A stretch of 64,000 bases of DNA from a virus (Duplodnaviria; Caudoviricetes): IMG/VR virus record IMGVR_UViG_3300044652_000025, positions 87,491-151,490 of that record; one strand, 5' to 3'. The notes beneath the pieces are model-generated. The model was given only the letters and a program-made list of their open reading frames with translations, did not search any database and was not told the origin of the DNA. The number at the start of each line of letters is the position of its first letter. The stretch's first letter is position 1. Below, one piece after another: positions 16,571-26,006 of this stretch. The position numbers and the translations under genes were made by a program.

Positions 16571-19500
16571 GGGATCACCTCGCCGTCGGCATGGTCATGG
16601 ACACCACCGCTGACGCCGAGTTCGCCCCAGGTCTCATCCGAGACACCGCCCCAGGCGTCTCCGGCGATCGCACCCCAGGTCTCGGCACCGGCGTGGCCCG
16701 AGAGGTCATCGTCAGCGGTGCGGATGTAGACCTGACGGTAGGGCGTGACGTCGGGAAGGCCCTCCACCGGCAGCGACTGGTAGCGCCGGTTGGCGTACCA
16801 CCAGCTGCGGGGGATGGGGATCGTCCAGGAGGTGAACTCCGGATCCTGGCTGATCGGCGGATCGTGGTCGTAGGTGGAGACGTTGGGGCCGCGCATCGTC
16901 CCGCTCTGACGGCTGTTCTTGGCGCCCAGATACCACGGCCGGATCTTGAGGGAGTTGATGGCGACGTTGGGTCGCATCCCCCGCGCCCGCCACACCAGCT
17001 GGTTACCGGGACCGGGGAAGACGAGGACGCCGTACTGGTTGTTGCGGATGCCGCGACCCGGCAGCCAGTCGTTGCCGCCGTCGACGCTGAACTCCCAGAT
17101 GATCCCCTCATCGAACAATGACAGGTTGTCGAGGCGCCAGGCGTCGTTGCTCTTGCCCCGTTGGATGAGCCGGACCCGGACCGTGGTGTCGTCCGGCGGC
17201 AGCGGCGGCGGCCCCGATGTGAGGACTTGAGCCGGATCCCCGAGCGGCGGCTCGACCGGCGGGGAGATGAGTGAGCGGTACTGGTAATGGACCGGCGGCG
17301 GAGGTGGGACGTAGACAATGCCGACGTCGTGGCCGACGTACCACTCCAGCATCTCACCCTTGTGGCCAGTGATCTCCTTCTCGACGAGGACGGTGTCGTC
17401 ATTGCCCGCCAGGATCTGGAGGACCAATGGGCTGGTCAGGTCGGTGTCGAGGATGACCCGGGCCGCGGCCCAGATGCGGACCTCCGGCGAGGGGGTGACG
17501 ACCGGCGAGACGATCCCGCCGTTGGTGGCGAGTTCGGCAGTGGTGTCCTCGACGGTGCGGTCCCGATAGGAGAACACCGGCTCGATCAGGCTCATGAACG
17601 GCCCGGGATCGGCGCTTTCGGTACGGTCGATCCGGGCCACCGACCGGGAGATGGAGACCGAGTTGTCGGTGCCGACCCAGGCCAACCGGGCGTCACCGAC
17701 ACGTTGCCAGCTGCTCGGGTCGTCCCAGCTGTAGGTGGCCAGCGCCGGGTTGACGAAGTCGGGGTCGGGGAGGATCTGGACGGCTTCGGTCTGCTGGGTG
17801 GCGAACTGGAGGGCGTAGATGTTGTTGCGGGACCCGAAGACGACACTGGTGGCCTGAACTGGTGCCGTCCCGGAGTAGAGCGTGTTGGGGAAGAACGTCC
17901 AGGTCCACCCGTCAGCGAGGTTGTGGGTGTCCCAGAAATGGTCCACATAGACCTGGGTGTCGTCGTCGGCCTCGAAGTCGAGCCGGTAGGCCTGGATGGA
18001 GTTGAGCCCCACGAAGAAGGACAGCTTGGTGGTGTGGCGCACCTCAACGATCTCGTAGGTGTGACGGCTGGTGGTGGTGAAGCGCGGCGCGTCGTTCTCC
18101 TGGTGCCACGTCGTCAGCCCGAAGTGGAAGTCGAGATCGCGGAGCCGGTCGGTGGACGCCGGATCGGTGGCGTAGAGGGCCTCGGTGGGGTACACGCTGG
18201 TCGGCCGGTCGAGGATCGGCCGGAAGATCGAGTCCCGGAACTTGCCCGGGGCCATGACATCGACGGCGGCGGCGAGGCCTTCGGGCATGGCCTCGGCGGC
18301 GATACCGGTCTGCTTGGCCCGGTAGGACTCGACGATCCAGCGCGGGAAGAGCTTGGTCCGGCGGATGATCGGCACGAAGGACTCGTAGGCCTGGGCCGTG
18401 AGGTTGGTGAACTCGAACTTGAACCACCGGGCCGCCGTCGGTGGGATGTGGATGAAGCCCTTCTGGAGGACGTAGTCCCGCGGTAGTGGCGTCCACACCA
18501 CATCATCGAAAAATGAGTCGTCGGTAGGCTCGCCTTCGTCGTTCGACCAGTAGATCGTGATGTGGGCGCCCGAGTTGACCGGGTCGACCAGGAACCGGTC
18601 GATAGTCTGGCCGTTCCCGTACTCGTCCCGGCAGTCGAGATGGAGATTGACCACGGCGTAATTGACCGGCTGCGGCTCGGAGCGCCAGACCTTCGTCCCG
18701 CCGGAGAGAAGCACGTTGGAGGCGGGCTCCTCGTAGAGCCGGAACTCGACGAGGGATCCGAGGATGTCGGTCGTGGTGGCGATGGCCACGTTGGCTTCGG
18801 CGACGTCGGAGCGCTCGGTGATGCGGTAGCCGATGTCGAGGTTGCGAATGGCCAGCGAGTAGGGCACGAAGTGGGGGTTGAGGACGGTGCTGTAGCCCGC
18901 CAGCTGCGGTCCCTGGGCGTTGATGCGACGCAGGAGCACCCGGACCCTGGAGGTCGTGACCGGATCGATCCGGAAGCTGTACTTCTGCCAGTGACCCGGG
19001 GCGCTGTGAAGCGGGTCACCGACCTTCGGGTCCAGTGCCGTGGGGTTGACGAAGGAGGGCAGGGAGTCCGAGAGGGTCTCGTAGTGGACTTCCTGCCAGC
19101 CCTGGCCCTCGACGTAGACCTCGGTAGAGATGCCCTGGGGATAGTGGGCCGCCTCGAAGGTGATGTAGTTGACGATCCGGGGCGAGGAGATCCGGACCTC
19201 GATGACGTCGGCGGTGTTGTCGGCGGCGTCCCGGACCGGTGTGGTCCAGTAGCGCTGGGCCAACGACTCCTTGAAGACGGCGAACTGCGTCTGGCCGAGC
19301 GACATCACCAGCTGATCGAGCGGGACGCGGTCGACGTAGACCGGCGCCATGGTCTCGCGCGCCAGCACCAGCGCATTGGTCGTCGGTGCCTGGGCTCTCG
19401 GTATGGAGTACGGCGCCGCGGTGACAATGGCATCGGACGCCGAGCGCCCGGCCAGGACGTAGCGCTGGGGCATCACCGCGGCTGAGGCGGGATAGTCGTA

Positions 19501-20568
19501 GTAGCTCCCATCGGGGAAAACGACCCGCTGGGTCGGCATGAGCAGCGACCCGAACTGGTCGATGCTGTAGGCCGACGCTCCGGCCAGGACGCCGTTGTAG
19601 CTCCACGCCTCGCCCTGGTAGCCGGTGAAAGGGGGGCGGGGCTGCTCGGTCGGATCGGGGGACGACACCAGGTAGGGGTCGACCGCTGTGATCGGCCGGG
19701 CGGCGACGTAGGAGATGACCTCCCAGTAGGTGCTGTCGGCGTAGGCGCCCCGCAACGCCACCGGCTCGTGGACCTCGATGCCCTCGTACTCGATGGTGTA
19801 GCGGCTGTCAGCGGGCTTGATGCGGTCCAGGATCCGGGAGAGGTTGTAGGACTCCTCCAGGGTGATGGGACGGTGGGGACGGACCACGAACACCCGCCGG
19901 GGGGAGTCGAGCCGCGGCAGTGGACTGCCCTCCAGGTCGCCGTAGGAGACGCCCTCCATGTCGGTGTAGGTGTGACCCGACGTCGGGCCGTACTCGGCCT
20001 CAAGCTCGGCGTAGGTCCGGTACCCGGCGTCGGCCTGGTAGTAGCTCTCCAGGACATCGCAGTCGACGGAGAGGACCGCTTCAGCGGCGAGTTCGATGCC
20101 GGTGGGGGTCGGGCCGTAGGAGATTGCCCGACCGACCTGCTGGATCCGGGAGCGGTAGGAGGTGTCCTTGGTGTGAGTGTCGGTCCACTCGGCGAGCGTG
20201 GCCGTGCCCTGGTACGGATCGGTGAGATAGCGCTCCAGGCTGTTGCGGCGCATCCCGAACAGCGAGCCGTAGAAGCGGTCGAGGTCGAAGAAGTGGGTGC
20301 CCTGGAGGGCCTGCTGGAGCCGCGAGAGTGTGAGCCGTTTCTTGATCTGGCCCACCCCGGCGTCGCCGAGGAGGACTTTCATAAATCTGACGACGTGGCT
20401 TTCGGCCGAGAGGTCGTAGACCTCCTCCACGAAGTGCCGGAGCCGCTCGCTGAGGTTCTCCGGCGGCAGGACGAGGTCGGTCGCCCGGTCGGCGCCCTGG
20501 GGTCTGGGGGCGCCTTCGACCGTCTGCTGCTGGAGGATGGCCGCCGTGGGTTGCGAGGTCAGAGTCAC
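16567..20568 (-). CDS. Large baseplate wedge protein (1333 aa)
   Basis: Follows baseplate J; DLDRFYG, ILDRIKPA gpI-like segments; TY/TW micro-repeats. Confidence 0.75.
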   Translation of the reverse strand: MTLTSQPTAAILQQQTVEGAPRPQGADRATDLVLPPENLSERLRHFVEEVYDLSAESHVVRFMKVLLGDAGVGQIKKRLTLSRLQQALQGTHFFDLDRFYGSLFGMRRNSLERYLTDPYQGTATLAEWTDTHTKDTSYRSRIQQVGRAISYGPTPTGIELAAEAVLSVDCDVLESYYQADAGYRTYAELEAEYGPTSGHTYTDMEGVSYGDLEGSPLPRLDSPRRVFVVRPHRPITLEESYNLSRILDRIKPADSRYTIEYEGIEVHEPVALRGAYADSTYWEVISYVAARPITAVDPYLVSSPDPTEQPRPPFTGYQGEAWSYNGVLAGASAYSIDQFGSLLMPTQRVVFPDGSYYDYPASAAVMPQRYVLAGRSASDAIVTAAPYSIPRAQAPTTNALVLARETMAPVYVDRVPLDQLVMSLGQTQFAVFKESLAQRYWTTPVRDAADNTADVIEVRISSPRIVNYITFEAAHYPQGISTEVYVEGQGWQEVHYETLSDSLPSFVNPTALDPKVGDPLHSAPGHWQKYSFRIDPVTTSRVRVLLRRINAQGPQLAGYSTVLNPHFVPYSLAIRNLDIGYRITERSDVAEANVAIATTTDILGSLVEFRLYEEPASNVLLSGGTKVWRSEPQPVNYAVVNLHLDCRDEYGNGQTIDRFLVDPVNSGAHITIYWSNDEGEPTDDSFFDDVVWTPLPRDYVLQKGFIHIPPTAARWFKFEFTNLTAQAYESFVPIIRRTKLFPRWIVESYRAKQTGIAAEAMPEGLAAAVDVMAPGKFRDSIFRPILDRPTSVYPTEALYATDPASTDRLRDLDFHFGLTTWHQENDAPRFTTTSRHTYEIVEVRHTTKLSFFVGLNSIQAYRLDFEADDDTQVYVDHFWDTHNLADGWTWTFFPNTLYSGTAPVQATSVVFGSRNNIYALQFATQQTEAVQILPDPDFVNPALATYSWDDPSSWQRVGDARLAWVGTDNSVSISRSVARIDRTESADPGPFMSLIEPVFSYRDRTVEDTTAELATNGGIVSPVVTPSPEVRIWAAARVILDTDLTSPLVLQILAGNDDTVLVEKEITGHKGEMLEWYVGHDVGIVYVPPPPPVHYQYRSLISPPVEPPLGDPAQVLTSGPPPLPPDDTTVRVRLIQRGKSNDAWRLDNLSLFDEGIIWEFSVDGGNDWLPGRGIRNNQYGVLVFPGPGNQLVWRARGMRPNVAINSLKIRPWYLGAKNSRQSGTMRGPNVSTYDHDPPISQDPEFTSWTIPIPRSWWYANRRYQSLPVEGLPDVTPYRQVYIRTADDDLSGHAGAETWGAIAGDAWGGVSDETWGELGVSGGVHDHADGEVIP

Positions 20569-22358
20569 GGCAGATAGCTGAAGAACGTATTTTGGGCCTT
20601 GACTACGAGTGTGACGGCGTTGAAGACCGGTAGGACGTCGTCGCCGATGATCACGTCGATGGCAGACCCATCCCGCTCGTAGCGCTCGATGAACGTTCCT
20701 GCCCGGCTCATCCGTTCGATGGCCCAGTGCTGGGCCGCGCTGAGGTCGTGGTAGTTGTCGGCCTGGGTGATGAAACGCACCGCGTCGATCCCCGGTACCT
20801 GCTGGACGACGCCGAGGAGGTCGGAGACCTGGACGACGTCGTTGAAGCCGATTCGACTGATGAGGTTGCTGAGAGCGGCCTCGATCGTGGGCTGGACAGC
20901 GCCGACGCTGAAGCCCGACGAGAGCATGACGGCCAGATAGAGGTTGAGGTAAAGGATCTTGGCCGCGTGGACCTGGACGTCGGTGGTGATCAGCCGCCAG
21001 ACGCGGATGTCCGTGTCGACGTCCTGCGGCACGGAGTTGAAGACGTAGTCCACGGTGAAGACGCTCTGATCCGGCGGGATGGTCCCCGGCGGGCTCCCCG
21101 CCAGGGTCGAGAACTCAATCCCCGAGTAGGAGTGGACGGTGCCGCCGCTGTTGGTGATGTCATTGACGGCCCAGTAGTCCGTGCCCTCGTGGTAGGTGAT
21201 CCCGTTGATCACGAGTTCGTCGTCGACCGAGGCGTCGTCCACCGGCCCGATCGGATAGGGCACGAAGTAGTTGCCCGTCACCGGGCTCGTCCCGTCGAAG
21301 CGGACGAAGTTGAACCGGTTGAACTTGTCGCCGGGCGTGGTGTTGAAGGTCCGGGTCGTCCGGAACAGCAGCGTCGCTGTGGCCTTGGTCGGGTTGTCGC
21401 CGTTGACGTAGAGATCGACGCGGTTGGTCACGCCGTTGGCTGGGTCGTTGCGGGACGCGACGGGCAGATACTCGAACTCCAGGTCGTAGACGCCGTCGGT
21501 GACCTTGCTGGGATTGAGTACCGTCACGGTGTTGGTCGAGGGGTCGAAGCTGTAGTCGATGCCGGGCACGAAGATGCCGCCAGCGTCAATATTGGTCCCG
21601 AACACCGCCGACCCGTCGTAGACGTAGGCGGCGTCATTGATCGATGAAGTGCCGGTCCCGCCGACGATCTCCAGCTGCTCCCGGTGCCGTTTGGACGCCC
21701 CGATGACGTTGGCCTGGGTGACGTGGGGGTTGTTGAGGGCCACGCCGAGGAACATCTGCTCGGTCCCGGCCAGGTTGCGGAAGACCGTCTTCTTGAAGCG
21801 GTCCCGTAGCTGGGCGTCGCTCTCCTGGTCGGCCCCGCCGGACATCGCCGTCGGGTTGGAGATCGACGCGATACCCGCCACCGAGGTGATCATCCGCTGG
21901 ACGGAGTTGGCCGCCACGTTGCCGCTGGCACCGCCGAGGAGAGCCTGGACCGGCACCGAGACGCTGGTGTCACCGGCCAGGAGGATGGCCGGGGTCATCG
22001 TCTGGAATACCACCGGGGTGGCGTCGCCGGTCGCCACTTGGGTGCCGAAGGCGATGGCGAAGTTGGTACCGACGGCGGCGCTGGTGCGCTCGAAGGTGAC
22101 CGCCCCTGTCGCCCTCTTGGCCGCCAGCCGGGCGAACCCGAAGATCCCCACGAAGTCGTCGAGGTCGGTCCCGGTCTTGGAGTCGATGTCGTACTGGTAG
22201 TCGAGGAGGTAGGTGTCGACGCTCGACTCGGCCACCACCTCGGCGACGGCGTCAAGGATCTTGCGGACCGGCGTGCCGATCGAGGTGTCGAGGTCGGGCT
22301 CGGAGACGGTCAGGGCCTGACGCATCTTGGCCACCACGTCGTTAACGGTGACGGGCAT
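20565..22358 (-). CDS. Baseplate J-like protein
   Basis: GTDLDDF..F...R..A..ATG.VTF; GGADQESDAQLRDR. Confidence 0.92.
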   Translation of the reverse strand: MPVTVNDVVAKMRQALTVSEPDLDTSIGTPVRKILDAVAEVVAESSVDTYLLDYQYDIDSKTGTDLDDFVGIFGFARLAAKRATGAVTFERTSAAVGTNFAIAFGTQVATGDATPVVFQTMTPAILLAGDTSVSVPVQALLGGASGNVAANSVQRMITSVAGIASISNPTAMSGGADQESDAQLRDRFKKTVFRNLAGTEQMFLGVALNNPHVTQANVIGASKRHREQLEIVGGTGTSSINDAAYVYDGSAVFGTNIDAGGIFVPGIDYSFDPSTNTVTVLNPSKVTDGVYDLEFEYLPVASRNDPANGVTNRVDLYVNGDNPTKATATLLFRTTRTFNTTPGDKFNRFNFVRFDGTSPVTGNYFVPYPIGPVDDASVDDELVINGITYHEGTDYWAVNDITNSGGTVHSYSGIEFSTLAGSPPGTIPPDQSVFTVDYVFNSVPQDVDTDIRVWRLITTDVQVHAAKILYLNLYLAVMLSSGFSVGAVQPTIEAALSNLISRIGFNDVVQVSDLLGVVQQVPGIDAVRFITQADNYHDLSAAQHWAIERMSRAGTFIERYERDGSAIDVIIGDDVLPVFNAVTLVVKAQNTFFSYLP

Positions 22359-22784
22359 CTAGCTCACCGCCCGCACGAGCGTGACCGGCGTGTTGTTGAG
22401 GGTGGTGACCGTCACCCGCACCGCGTAGGAGTCGTAGCTCTGCTGGATGTCGATGGCCTGGATGGTGTTGACCAATTCCCCGGCCGAGAAGCGGCTCCGA
22501 TTCCCGAGCATGGTGTCCCGCTGGAGCATCTGCCCCTGGACGAACTGGTAGTTCTGGATGAGGCGGGTGACCTCGGCCTGGATCCGCATGGACGCCTCAT
22601 CCATGGCTGGCATCCCGACGTACTCATGGAGGAGCGACCCCCACCGGGGATGGAACCGGTCGGAGCCGTAGGGCTCGCGGACCGCGACGCCGAGATCCTG
22701 CTTGACTTTGGCTGGGCCGTCGATGGTGGCGTAGCCACCCGGCCCGATCACAAAGTCCCCATTGACGATCTGGAGTGTCTTCAC
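22359..22784 (-). CDS. Baseplate wedge gpW/gp25-like protein
   Basis: PYGSDRFHPRWGS motif; precedes J. Confidence 0.85.
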   Translation of the reverse strand: MKTLQIVNGDFVIGPGGYATIDGPAKVKQDLGVAVREPYGSDRFHPRWGSLLHEYVGMPAMDEASMRIQAEVTRLIQNYQFVQGQMLQRDTMLGNRSRFSAGELVNTIQAIDIQQSYDSYAVRVTVTTLNNTPVTLVRAVS

Positions 22785-22811
22785 CGGCTCACCTCACCCC
22801 TTCAGGTGGAC

Positions 22812-23069
22812 TCATGGGCTCATCCCTATGGCCCCGACGACCCAGACTCCCCCCGTCGTCACCTGAGCGGAGACGACTGCCTCGACATAGAAGTTGGCCA
22901 CCCTCGATCGGATCTCAGGCTGGACGACCGCTTCGACGTACTCGTTGGCGACCCGCGACCGGATCTGAGGCTGAGTGGCGGCCTCGACGTACTCGTTGGC
23001 CACTCGGGCCGAGATGCCGCTCTGGGTTACGGCTTCGACGTACTCGTTGGCGACGCGGGCGGTGGTCAT
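22812..23069 (-). CDS. 85-aa protein of four 17-aa repeats
   Basis: RVANEYVEA x4 (last RVANFYVEA); ATGA-coupled. Confidence 0.8.
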   Translation of the reverse strand: MTTARVANEYVEAVTQSGISARVANEYVEAATQPQIRSRVANEYVEAVVQPEIRSRVANFYVEAVVSAQVTTGGVWVVGAIGMSP

Positions 23070-24145
23070 GTCGACGCTTGCATCCCAAACTCGGCGTTGT
23101 TGACGTCGGCCACGGTCCACGATCCGCCGCCGGGCTTGGTCTCGAAGACGCCGCGGGTGGCCCGGTAGGAGCCGTTGTTGAGTGCCGCCGCCGGGGCGGT
23201 GGTCTCGACGCCGCTGAGGCGAGCCACGTTGGTCAGCGTCCGGACCCCGGCATCGGTCTTCTGGGCGTTGGGGTAGGCGACGACGCCGTAGACCTGATTG
23301 GTCGTCGGGAGACCGCTGATGTCAACCATGTTGTACGTGTCCTTGTCACCGGTGTTGACGAAGTCCACATACGTCGTGGTATTGACATTGCTGTTAGTCG
23401 GCTGATGCTCCTGCACCAATGCCGAGTTATTGACCGAATCGCCGTCCGAACCGACGCCCATGATCGTGGTGCCATCCGAGGTGGGCCAGAGGCCGAAGAT
23501 GCGGGGGCAGTTGAGGAAGTTGCCGTTGTTCACGGATCCGGCGCCGTTGCAGAGATAGAGATCGCAGAGGTACATCAACGCGACGCCGCTGCCGAGCTTC
23601 CACGACATGGAGTCGAGGGTCGACTTGGTACCGCCGTTCTTGGTGTCGACGCCGGTCAGGCTCAGAAGAGTGGTGCCGTCGATCGACACCGTCACCACCC
23701 CGACGGTATCGCTCAGCGTGCATTTCGCTTCGAGGTAGTACCACGTACCGGCGAGAGGGAGGACGGTCCCGGCATAGGATCCGAGCAGAGTCCCCGACGA
23801 GCCACCGCGGTAGGCGTAGATGCCCGCCCCCGCCGCCGAGCCGGGAGCGATCTGGATCGTGACATGCAGCGTCGCCATGGAGTCGGACAAGAAGCCGAAG
23901 ACGTCGAACGGCGTGGCGGTGCTGACAGTGCCCTGCTTGATGGCGAATCCAGCCACGAATGTGACGTGCTCGTCAGAGGCGTCCACCTGTTTGATGATCG
24001 AGGCGGGCGTAGCACCGTTGCTGTAGGCGTCGACCCCGTTCGTCCGGGCGGTGGCATCACCCTGCACCAGCACGTTGTTGATGGCTGACCACTTGCCAGC
24101 GCTGAAGTCGGCTCCGACGAAGCTCTCGGTGAAGATCAGGCTCAT
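23066..24145 (-). CDS. Beta-rich virion protein, paralog of 29810-31468
   Basis: Shared blocks TKNGGT, DLY.CNGAGSVNN, VGSDGDSVNN, AEFG. Confidence 0.8.
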   Translation of the reverse strand: MSLIFTESFVGADFSAGKWSAINNVLVQGDATARTNGVDAYSNGATPASIIKQVDASDEHVTFVAGFAIKQGTVSTATPFDVFGFLSDSMATLHVTIQIAPGSAAGAGIYAYRGGSSGTLLGSYAGTVLPLAGTWYYLEAKCTLSDTVGVVTVSIDGTTLLSLTGVDTKNGGTKSTLDSMSWKLGSGVALMYLCDLYLCNGAGSVNNGNFLNCPRIFGLWPTSDGTTIMGVGSDGDSVNNSALVQEHQPTNSNVNTTTYVDFVNTGDKDTYNMVDISGLPTTNQVYGVVAYPNAQKTDAGVRTLTNVARLSGVETTAPAAALNNGSYRATRGVFETKPGGGSWTVADVNNAEFGMQAST

Positions 24146-24152
24146 GCCACCC

Positions 24153-26006
24153 CTACGAGAAGTAGACCTGCACGGACAAATCCTTGGCGCCGGTCCCGGC
24201 GGTGGCCACCCGCACCTGGAGGTAGTCGCCGGGCGCGACGACGACCCCACTTGTACTGTTGGTGTAGACCCCGGCTGCCAGGGTCAGCGAGATCATGTCG
24301 GCCCCGTTCTTCATGAGGTAGACCACAGTCCCGGTCGACCCCGCCGTACCGAGCGAGGCCACGAAGTGGTTAAGGGTCACCGACTGGTAGGCGTACCAAC
24401 GGCCCGAGGTCGCCACCGCCACCGCGCCGGGCATCGAGAAGACGGCGGGGAGCGGGAGGACGAGCACCCCGCCGACGGTGAGGTCGCCCGGCGAGGGCAC
24501 CACGACGTGCTGGCCGTTGCCGAGCATGATCTGCTGGGCTGCCGTCGTGGCCGCACTCTGGCCGAGCGCCACCGAGCCGGTGTGCGACAGTCCGGTGGTG
24601 GCATTCAGACCGAGGGCGACGCTGGCCTGGCCGATGGCGCTGGCGCCGCTCCCCAGAGCGATGCTGTCCTGACCTGAGGCGGTGGTGTTGTACCCAAGCG
24701 CGGTGGCGTAGTAGTTGTTCGCCCTCGCGCCGTGGGAGCCGCGGTTGGCGTCGCCGCTGCCGATGGCCACAGTGCAGTCGGAATACGCCTGGGGTCCTAC
24801 CACTCCCGCCGGGGAACTGCCGATGGCGATCGACCCCTGGTGGTTGGCTTCGGCCCCGATCGAGGTGAGCGTGCCGGAGCCGATGGCGATGTTGTTGGAC
24901 CCAGACCCGGCGCGGGCGTTGATACCGATGGCGACACCGAGATTGCCGTCAGCGAAGACGTCGCAGCCGATCCCGATGGAGTTGTACGCCGCGTATCCGC
25001 CGTACCCGATGATGGTGGCGTTGTCAGTGGCATAGGCGCCGATGCCGATCGCCACACACTGTGGGCCACGGCCCTGGGCGCCAGACCCGATGGCCGTCGA
25101 GTAATCACTCACGGCCTGGGCGCCGTAACCGAGGGCGGTGGTGCTGACACCCTGACCGAGCGAGAGCGCACCGATGGCGATGGCGTCCTGACCTGACGCC
25201 GCCGCGTTCTGCCCGATGGCGATCGTCCCGGACCCGCTGGCCGTGGAAGTGTCGCCGGAGTGATGGATCGCGATGCTGTTCGGTCCGGTCCCGTCGACGG
25301 AAAATGGGGTGACCGGTGGTGCGCCGGACGTATCTGGATGCCAGTTGAGGAAGACCGTACCGACCTCGCTGTCGCTGTAGCCGGTCACTCGGAAGTAGTA
25401 GGTCGTCCCTCGAATAGCCGTCAACGTGACGGCGCTGTTAACGGTGCTGAGCGGTGACGCCGTGTCGTCGTCGCTCGTCACCGCCGTGAGAGCGGTGAGC
25501 GCCGACCCGGTAAAGACCTCCAGGACGGTGTCCATCGTCGTGTAGTCGACCAGGTGACTACCGAGGGTGTCGAAGGACATGGATCCCGAACCGGTCGCCG
25601 TCCACTTGAACCACAGCGAGTGGAGCCCCGGCCCTTCGTCGTCGATCAGGTAACCGGGATCACCCCACCGAGCGGGCTCGGTGGGCTCGACAGTGGCCGT
25701 CGAGTTGTCGACCTGGACCGTCCCGTAGGCCCCTTCCAGCACCATGGCGTCGGCGAAGTTGTCAGGGACGGGAGCCTCTGCTGTACCCGATGGCGTCCCC
25801 ACAAAGGCGGCGAACGACCAGTAGCCGTAGGGCCGGTCGATGATCCACGTCTCGCCGACTTCGGGGGCGGCGGCCTTGCCCGGCAGGACGTCGGTCCTGA
25901 CCGTGTACTGCTGACCGAAACGGTCGTGGACGATGGCCTGGCTCCCGGTGACATCGGTGATCGTGCCGACGAAGCTGCGCGTCAGCTGGGCGGCAGGATG
26001 GTTCAC
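24153..26006 (-). CDS. Baseplate spike-position protein with YadA-head-like repeats
   Basis: N-terminal gpV-like (PEVGETWII); SLWFKWTA...DTVLEVFTG domain; many (S/A)IAIG/ALG repeats of about 14 aa. Confidence 0.75.
   Translation of the reverse strand: MNHPAAQLTRSFVGTITDVTGSQAIVHDRFGQQYTVRTDVLPGKAAAPEVGETWIIDRPYGYWSFAAFVGTPSGTAEAPVPDNFADAMVLEGAYGTVQVDNSTATVEPTEPARWGDPGYLIDDEGPGLHSLWFKWTATGSGSMSFDTLGSHLVDYTTMDTVLEVFTGSALTALTAVTSDDDTASPLSTVNSAVTLTAIRGTTYYFRVTGYSDSEVGTVFLNWHPDTSGAPPVTPFSVDGTGPNSIAIHHSGDTSTASGSGTIAIGQNAAASGQDAIAIGALSLGQGVSTTALGYGAQAVSDYSTAIGSGAQGRGPQCVAIGIGAYATDNATIIGYGGYAAYNSIGIGCDVFADGNLGVAIGINARAGSGSNNIAIGSGTLTSIGAEANHQGSIAIGSSPAGVVGPQAYSDCTVAIGSGDANRGSHGARANNYYATALGYNTTASGQDSIALGSGASAIGQASVALGLNATTGLSHTGSVALGQSAATTAAQQIMLGNGQHVVVPSPGDLTVGGVLVLPLPAVFSMPGAVAVATSGRWYAYQSVTLNHFVASLGTAGSTGTVVYLMKNGADMISLTLAAGVYTNSTSGVVVAPGDYLQVRVATAGTGAKDLSVQVYFS

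Noticed and set aside
22796-22840. AAGGG half-sites at about 22800, 35880, 38530 and 40550 as late promoters
   Set aside because: No convincing CTGTC element at 21-23 nt; may simply be RBSs.
22870-23060. 51-bp periodic DNA repeats (also about 29610-29800) resembling a CRISPR array
   Set aside because: In-frame coding repeats with synonymous variation, no unique spacers, no cas genes.
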